Positions 59,370-64,000 of a stretch of DNA of 64,000 nt are shown piece by piece. Location of the stretch: assembly GCA_030648515.1 (NCBI GenBank), contig JAUSHK010000002.1, forward strand, positions 7,799 through 71,798, in the 5' to 3' direction. The translations under genes were made by a program, and so were the position numbers. Numbering within the stretch: the stretch's first letter is position 1; each line of letters starts with the position of its first letter. The notes under the pieces are model-generated. The model searched no databases. It was not told the DNA's origin and saw only the letters and a program-made list of their open reading frames with translations. The DNA is from Candidatus Jorgensenbacteria bacterium. GTDB lineage: Bacteria > Patescibacteriota > Minisyncoccia > UBA6257 > GWB1-50-10.

Positions 59370-59561
59370 ATGCTGCCCAAAGAAGCAATAATTGAATACA
59401 AAAAATTGTTCCACCGCCATTATGGGATTGAATTGAGCGATACAGAGGCGGAAAACCGCGCTAACAACTTGGTTAATCTTTACCAAGCCGTTTATCAGCC
59501 GGCAAATTTTGGGAAAATCCCGGACAAGAAAATTGAAAATCCTGATTTGCCCCTTAATTAG
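59370..59561 (+). CDS. hypothetical small protein
   Basis: ORF only. Confidence 0.25.
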   Translation: MLPKEAIIEYKKLFHRHYGIELSDTEAENRANNLVNLYQAVYQPANFGKIPDKKIENPDLPLN

Positions 59562-59827
59562 GGTCAGATCAGGGTTTTTAACCCAATTCGCAAAGGGGTG
59601 CACGCGTAGCACTGGCCAAGGCGAAATAAAACAAAACTTGGCAAAGATTACGCGCGACCGACCGAAGCGACCGATATACCGAATGTCTATGTCTTAAAAA
59701 ACTGACTTTGGGCGTGAACGAGATTTCACGCGTCAGGAACCGAAAGAAAAGGAAAACACATAGAGATATTCGGGTTGAGGGAGCGAGGGAGGGAAGGTGT
59801 TCGGAATAAAGAAGGGCGGAAAGTATT

Positions 59828-60028
59828 ATGTCGACAAATTTACAAAAATATAAACGAGATACGAAACAGGTTCGCATTGGCCTGGAAGCTCACCAGCTTT
59901 TGAAGCTTGGAGCTATTAAAGAGAACATGGTGATGTCCAGATTCCTGGATAAAATCCTATCGGAGTATTTTAAAGAAAAGGTCGATGAAACCTACACAAA
60001 AGCAAAAAATGGCAGTAGGACAGAATAG
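59828..60028 (+). CDS. hypothetical small protein
   Basis: ORF preceded by a purine-rich RBS region. Confidence 0.3.
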   Translation: MSTNLQKYKRDTKQVRIGLEAHQLLKLGAIKENMVMSRFLDKILSEYFKEKVDETYTKAKNGSRTE

Positions 60029-60467
60029 GACAAAAAGAGGGGTCGTTTTAGAGAAACAGTTCCAGCTTTATTGTTTTTGGAAATCGCTCCCGCCGACGCT
60101 CAAGGGCAGAGCAGCGAATCAATTTGATGTGTTAGGAATAGAAGATGAAACCACGAGAGAGCTTTTACTTATTCGGACTCAGGCAGGGTTCGGAAAGAAA
60201 TACGGGGTTAATAAAAATACCTTAACTGAGTGGAACGCCAAAATAGAAACGGACAACATTGTAATCGCCAAAGAGAAGAAGTGGCTCAAAAAGCTCTTCA
60301 GCAACGTTTTAGTAGCAGTTTACCGGAAGGCGCTCGTTGAAGGAGACGCGGCAAGATTTAAGGTCCTTGCCCAATATATTGGGGAATTTACAGAGGCGAA
60401 GGAGACAAGAAGTCCGAAGCTTGCGGAGCTTACATCCGACATGCGAAAGATTTTAGAGCGGCGATGA
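60009..60467 (+). CDS. hypothetical protein
   Basis: ORF with start taken at 'MAVGQNRTKRG'. Basic N-terminus, possibly DNA-binding. Confidence 0.3.
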   Translation: MAVGQNRTKRGVVLEKQFQLYCFWKSLPPTLKGRAANQFDVLGIEDETTRELLLIRTQAGFGKKYGVNKNTLTEWNAKIETDNIVIAKEKKWLKKLFSNVLVAVYRKALVEGDAARFKVLAQYIGEFTEAKETRSPKLAELTSDMRKILERR

Positions 60468-60540
60468 CTTGACTTACACGGAGGTAGCGGCATTGTTGTG
60501 TTAATACTCAAGTCCAATACATCAAGCAATTTTAAGAACC

Positions 60541-62151
60541 GTGCAACAAGAACAAACTAAATACTTTCACTATTGCCGTAAATCATCTGAGGCCGAGGAT
60601 CGACAAGTTTTATCCGTCGAGTCGCAAAGGACAGAGAATGAGCGCGTCATTAAGACTGATGGACTTTTAATAGTTGACATTCTCCTGGAATCACATTCAG
60701 CAAAAATACCGCGTAGCCGCTCGGTGTTTCAAGAAATGCTTAAGCGCATAGAAAGAGGCGACGGAAACGGAATTTTTGTCTGGAACGCAAGTAGAATATC
60801 AAGGAACTCTGTCGACACAGGAGAAATCATCTATCTTATGGACCAAGGGATGCTGCTCGAAGTAAGAACGCCAAGTCAAGTTTTCCACAACACACCAAAC
60901 GATAAGTTCTTACTTAGTCTATTCTGCAATCAGGCAAAACTCGAAAACGACAACAAAGGGGAAGATGTTAAACGAGGATTAAGAAAAAAAGCTGAGATGG
61001 GACATCTGCCAAACGGAGCGAAGCCTGGTTATATGAATGATCCTTATGCTGAGAAGGGCAATAAAACTATCAAGGAAGACCCCGTGCGTTTCCCAATCAT
61101 AAAAGAAGCGTGGCGATTGTTACTGACGGGCAATCACGCACCACATTGGATTCTTAAAGTGATTAACGAACAGCTTGGCTACAGATCCCCGAAAAAGAAA
61201 AAGATTGGTGGAAAACCGATGGGACAGAGTCAAATTTACACAATGTTTAGGGACCAATTCCATTATGGAAGGTTTGAATTTCCGGTGGGGTCGGGTAATT
61301 GGTTTATGGGTCACCATAAGCCAATGATTACTGAGGAAGAATTTTGGAAGGCTCAGGAGATACTCGGCCACAAAGGAAGACCCCGGCCACACAAACACAA
61401 ATTCTCCTTTACGGGCATGATCCGTTGCGGAGCGTGTGGCGCTATGATTACCGCTGAGATCAAAATAAAACGACAAAAGAATGGAACAGAACATCGTTAT
61501 ATCTACTATCACTGCACCAAACGAAAAGACCCGAATTGCCCGCAGGGAGTAATTGAAGAAGAGAAATTAAAGGAACAGATTATTCAGAAACTTGATGATT
61601 TGGAAATACCCGAGGAGTTCCACAACTTTGGACTGAAATGGATGGAAATGGAAAACAAAAAGCAGGCGAAGAATACAAGTGATATCCTTAGTAAACTCCA
61701 AAGGGACTACAACGAATGTAAAGTAACCATTGATGGCCTCATCGATATGAGAGCCAGGAAGGAGCTTAGCGAGGATGATTACAGAAGACGGCTATTTGAA
61801 GCCCAGAAGGAGAAAGCGAGGCTCGAGGGCCTTACGAGGGACATTGGGAACCAAATTGACGGCTGGATAGCAACAGCAAACGATAGTTTCCAATTTGTCG
61901 AACATGCCAAAGAGAAGTTCAAAAACGGATCACTGGAGACGAAAAAGGCAATCCTTTCAACACTTGGTTCGAACCTCACCCTAAAAGACAAAATACTCAG
62001 TATTGATATGGAAAATACTCTTCTACCAATGAAAGCTGTCGCAAAAGGTGTAAAAGAAATCCATGAGAAGGTTCGAACCGCTAAAAAGCCAATAACCACA
62101 AAGGTTCTTGAGGATATTTACTCGAATAATCAATCTCTGCTCCCCGGGTAG
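60541..62151 (+). CDS. large serine recombinase (resolvase/invertase catalytic domain + recombinase domain + zinc ribbon)
   Basis: Catalytic '[10 protein letters not shown]...SVESQ' Ser-recombinase N-terminus, a recombinase domain, a Cys4 zinc ribbon 'CGACGAM...[12 protein letters not shown]', and a C-terminal coiled coil. Confidence 0.85.
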   Translation: MQQEQTKYFHYCRKSSEAEDRQVLSVESQRTENERVIKTDGLLIVDILLESHSAKIPRSRSVFQEMLKRIERGDGNGIFVWNASRISRNSVDTGEIIYLMDQGMLLEVRTPSQVFHNTPNDKFLLSLFCNQAKLENDNKGEDVKRGLRKKAEMGHLPNGAKPGYMNDPYAEKGNKTIKEDPVRFPIIKEAWRLLLTGNHAPHWILKVINEQLGYRSPKKKKIGGKPMGQSQIYTMFRDQFHYGRFEFPVGSGNWFMGHHKPMITEEEFWKAQEILGHKGRPRPHKHKFSFTGMIRCGACGAMITAEIKIKRQKNGTEHRYIYYHCTKRKDPNCPQGVIEEEKLKEQIIQKLDDLEIPEEFHNFGLKWMEMENKKQAKNTSDILSKLQRDYNECKVTIDGLIDMRARKELSEDDYRRRLFEAQKEKARLEGLTRDIGNQIDGWIATANDSFQFVEHAKEKFKNGSLETKKAILSTLGSNLTLKDKILSIDMENTLLPMKAVAKGVKEIHEKVRTAKKPITTKVLEDIYSNNQSLLPG

Positions 62152-62211
62152 GGATCGGACCTACGACCGTCGCCTTAACAGGGCGCCGCTCTACCGCTGA
62201 GCTACCGGGGA
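62140..62211 (-). tRNA. tRNA-Asn (anticodon GTT)
   Basis: Cloverleaf read by eye. Acceptor stem TCCCCGG/CCGGGGA, D-arm GCTC-AGCGGTA-GAGC, anticodon loop CTGTTAA, T-arm GTAGG-TCCGATC-CCTAC. Its 3' end overlaps the recombinase stop codon by 12 nt. Confidence 0.8.
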
Positions 62212-62272
62212 ATACGGATATTGTAGGAACAAAAGACGACGCTGTAAATAAAGAGTCATCTCACCATTCCTG

Positions 62273-62345
62273 TGCCCCGTGCTGGATTCGAACCAGCGAC
62301 CCTCTGCTTAAAAGGCAGGTGCTCTACCAACTGAGCTAACGGGGC
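62273..62345 (-). tRNA. tRNA-Lys (anticodon TTT)
   Basis: GCCCCGT acceptor stem, D-arm GCTC-AGTTGGTA-GAGC, anticodon loop CTTTTAA, T-arm GCTGG-TTCGAAT-CCAGC. Resembles canonical bacterial tRNA-Lys. Confidence 0.8.
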
Positions 62346-62432
62346 GCCTTATTTGCGAGCGGACTATATAAACACCATAGTATACGAGCGACGGATTATT
62401 TTCAAATTGTTTTTATTTTAAACACATAAAAA

Positions 62433-62456
62433 CCGGTCCGAAGTACTTTGGACCGG
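62433..62456. terminator. bidirectional rho-independent terminator
   Basis: Stem 'ccggtcc/ggaccgg', extendable to about 11 bp, flanked by an A5 run and a T6 run. Directly downstream of the RNR gene. Confidence 0.6.
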
Positions 62457-62476
62457 TTTTTTATTATCTCCCTTAT

Positions 62477-64000
62477 TTACGTCGCGCACGCTCCAGAAAC
62501 GCAAGCAACTTCTTTTGCCCCAGTCGTCTGGTCGTCGCGCTCATACGCCATAAGTTTTGAGAAATCCAAAACTCCCAATTCTTTGAGGCGCTTCTCATAC
62601 TCCTCCTTGGTTATCTCCTCATAAGGCGCGAGCTGGTACACGTGGTCCTCGCGCGGAAGGAATGAAAGTCCTCCCACGATATCCCAGTTGTGGTAAACGA
62701 AATTCGCAACTTCAATCCACTCGTCGTCGCTTACATAAATTGTGACCGACGGATTATGCTCCGTGAAATGAATCTTGAGCCGCTTCCATTCCTCAAGTAA
62801 ATCCTTTGCAGAAACATCACGCGCAAAGATAGCTCCTTTTGGCGCGGCAACAGGAAACTCAAGCACCATAGTCGTCGCGCTTGATGTTGAATAGCCGACC
62901 TCGGGGAATATGCGAACGCCCTGTTCTTTTGCAAGCTTCAGCATCGGGTCGTTCACGCTGATGCGGACACGGCGGATGAAATACGGCGCGAACCACGGAT
63001 GCATTCCCGAACCAACGCCCAAAAGCTGACCAGAATTTCCGTGCGGCTTCACGCACGTAATTGCAGTTGATTCGTTTATTCCGAACCGCTTCGCGTATTT
63101 CTTGTTCGCTTGCACCCCCTCGTCACGCAAATCTTCAAGCAACTTATCATTCCGAACTAATTTATTATCGTAATAGCCAGTGATTGAAACACCGAGCAAG
63201 CATTCATCTTCACAGTTTTTCTTCCACTGTTTTGAAAGATATTGGAAATTCGTGAGCGTCGCTTGATACGTTCCAATAATCGTCGCAAGGCGCATCTTGC
63301 GCATAAGCGACGCGCGCGTATCCTCCGGACGCACAACAATTGAAGTGAGATTGCAAAACTGCTTTGACTTCAGAATGATTTCTCCGCACGGATTCATCCC
63401 CGGCTGGGCTTCCCGCCGTAACTTCGCCCACCGTCGCTTCGGAACCTGCGCCTCAAGCCCTCCTCGGTTAAAAATCCCCCGCTCGCCGGATCGTGATTTT
63501 ACAAGCGCCGTCCACTCATCAAGAAGCTCCCCCGCGGACGGCCGTGCCGTATAGACCGCTGAGTTATTAGCCATGGACCGCTGACCCTCGGTGAGATAAA
63601 ACTGTCCGCTCTTTGAATCACGCATCGCTTCATCATCCAAATCAGAAAGCGAAATGAGAGCGCTTCTGCGCACGCCTCCCGCAACGACAATGAGCCCGAT
63701 TTTGCAAATGATGTCGTGAAGGTCAAGCGTTGAAAGACGGCGTCCCTGCCGGGCAAGTATTTTTCGCTTTGCGAATTCCATAAGCTCCAAAAGCGGCCCT
63801 GGGCCGGATGCCCGCCCTCCCATTACCTGGAGACGCGCTCCAGCCGGTCGCACGTGTGAATAATCAACATCCACGTCTTTCCCCGACGCCCACACGGTTA
63901 CCGCCGCAATAAAAGCGTCTGCCCATCCCTCTTTGCTGTCATCAACCACAATCGGTTTTATTTTCTTTCCTGTCTGCTTTTTTATCTGCGGAAACTTTTC
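62477..64000 (-). CDS. nrdJ: adenosylcobalamin-dependent (class II) ribonucleotide reductase, C-terminal ~500 aa; 5' end beyond the window
   Basis: Active-site 'NPCGEI' Cys-Glu motif and a C-terminal redox Cys pair 'CVSGAC'. The reading frame stays open to position 64000. Confidence 0.85.
   Translation of the reverse strand, partial: EKFPQIKKQTGKKIKPIVVDDSKEGWADAFIAAVTVWASGKDVDVDYSHVRPAGARLQVMGGRASGPGPLLELMEFAKRKILARQGRRLSTLDLHDIICKIGLIVVAGGVRRSALISLSDLDDEAMRDSKSGQFYLTEGQRSMANNSAVYTARPSAGELLDEWTALVKSRSGERGIFNRGGLEAQVPKRRWAKLRREAQPGMNPCGEIILKSKQFCNLTSIVVRPEDTRASLMRKMRLATIIGTYQATLTNFQYLSKQWKKNCEDECLLGVSITGYYDNKLVRNDKLLEDLRDEGVQANKKYAKRFGINESTAITCVKPHGNSGQLLGVGSGMHPWFAPYFIRRVRISVNDPMLKLAKEQGVRIFPEVGYSTSSATTMVLEFPVAAPKGAIFARDVSAKDLLEEWKRLKIHFTEHNPSVTIYVSDDEWIEVANFVYHNWDIVGGLSFLPREDHVYQLAPYEEITKEEYEKRLKELGVLDFSKLMAYERDDQTTGAKEVACVSGACAT

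Noticed and set aside
59985-60467. Phage terminase small subunit, suggested by the basic N-terminus
   Set aside because: No terminase large subunit or other phage structural genes are nearby. It is left as hypothetical.

Overview
This 64 kb window is gene-dense bacterial chromosome (about 48-50% GC) and most genes lie on the minus strand. There are many small proteins with a single N-terminal TM helix or signal peptide and several low-complexity secreted proteins. That is compatible with an uncultivated, possibly CPR/Patescibacteria-like, bacterium, but this is an inference only.

Housekeeping genes in the window:
- UvrB, PEP synthase, a YvcK-like factor, endonuclease III, and a MacA/MacB-type tripartite ABC efflux system
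- HPF, a ZIP zinc transporter, an RRM RNA-binding protein, cyclophilin, and TspO
- pyrE-pyrF, a LOG family protein next to a pyruvoyl-dependent arginine decarboxylase, RarA, TypA/BipA, and an ABC-F ATPase
- a cupredoxin, a SWIB-domain protein, a cold-shock protein, and an HI0933-like flavoprotein
- a class II (B12-dependent) ribonucleotide reductase that runs off the right edge of the window

Two regions stand out as accessory:
1. 28.3-32.7 kb holds a 671-aa secreted protein built from tandem 4-Cys modules with a polyQ/Gly/Pro-rich tail. Immediately upstream are three paralogous ~60-aa peptide genes. Each has the same conserved upstream element at the same spacing and its own hairpin terminator. 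Small membrane proteins flank the peptide genes.
2. About 48.3-62.15 kb is an approximately 14 kb island. It carries a KAP-family P-loop NTPase operon, an HTH-led type I restriction-modification system (R-M-S), several small and Cys-rich unknowns, a winged-helix regulator, and a large serine recombinase. The recombinase stop codon sits inside the 3' end of a convergent tRNA-Asn(GTT). A tRNA-Lys(TTT) follows.

No CRISPR array, rRNA or transposase was seen. Function calls come from motif-level recognition by eye. No database search was run.
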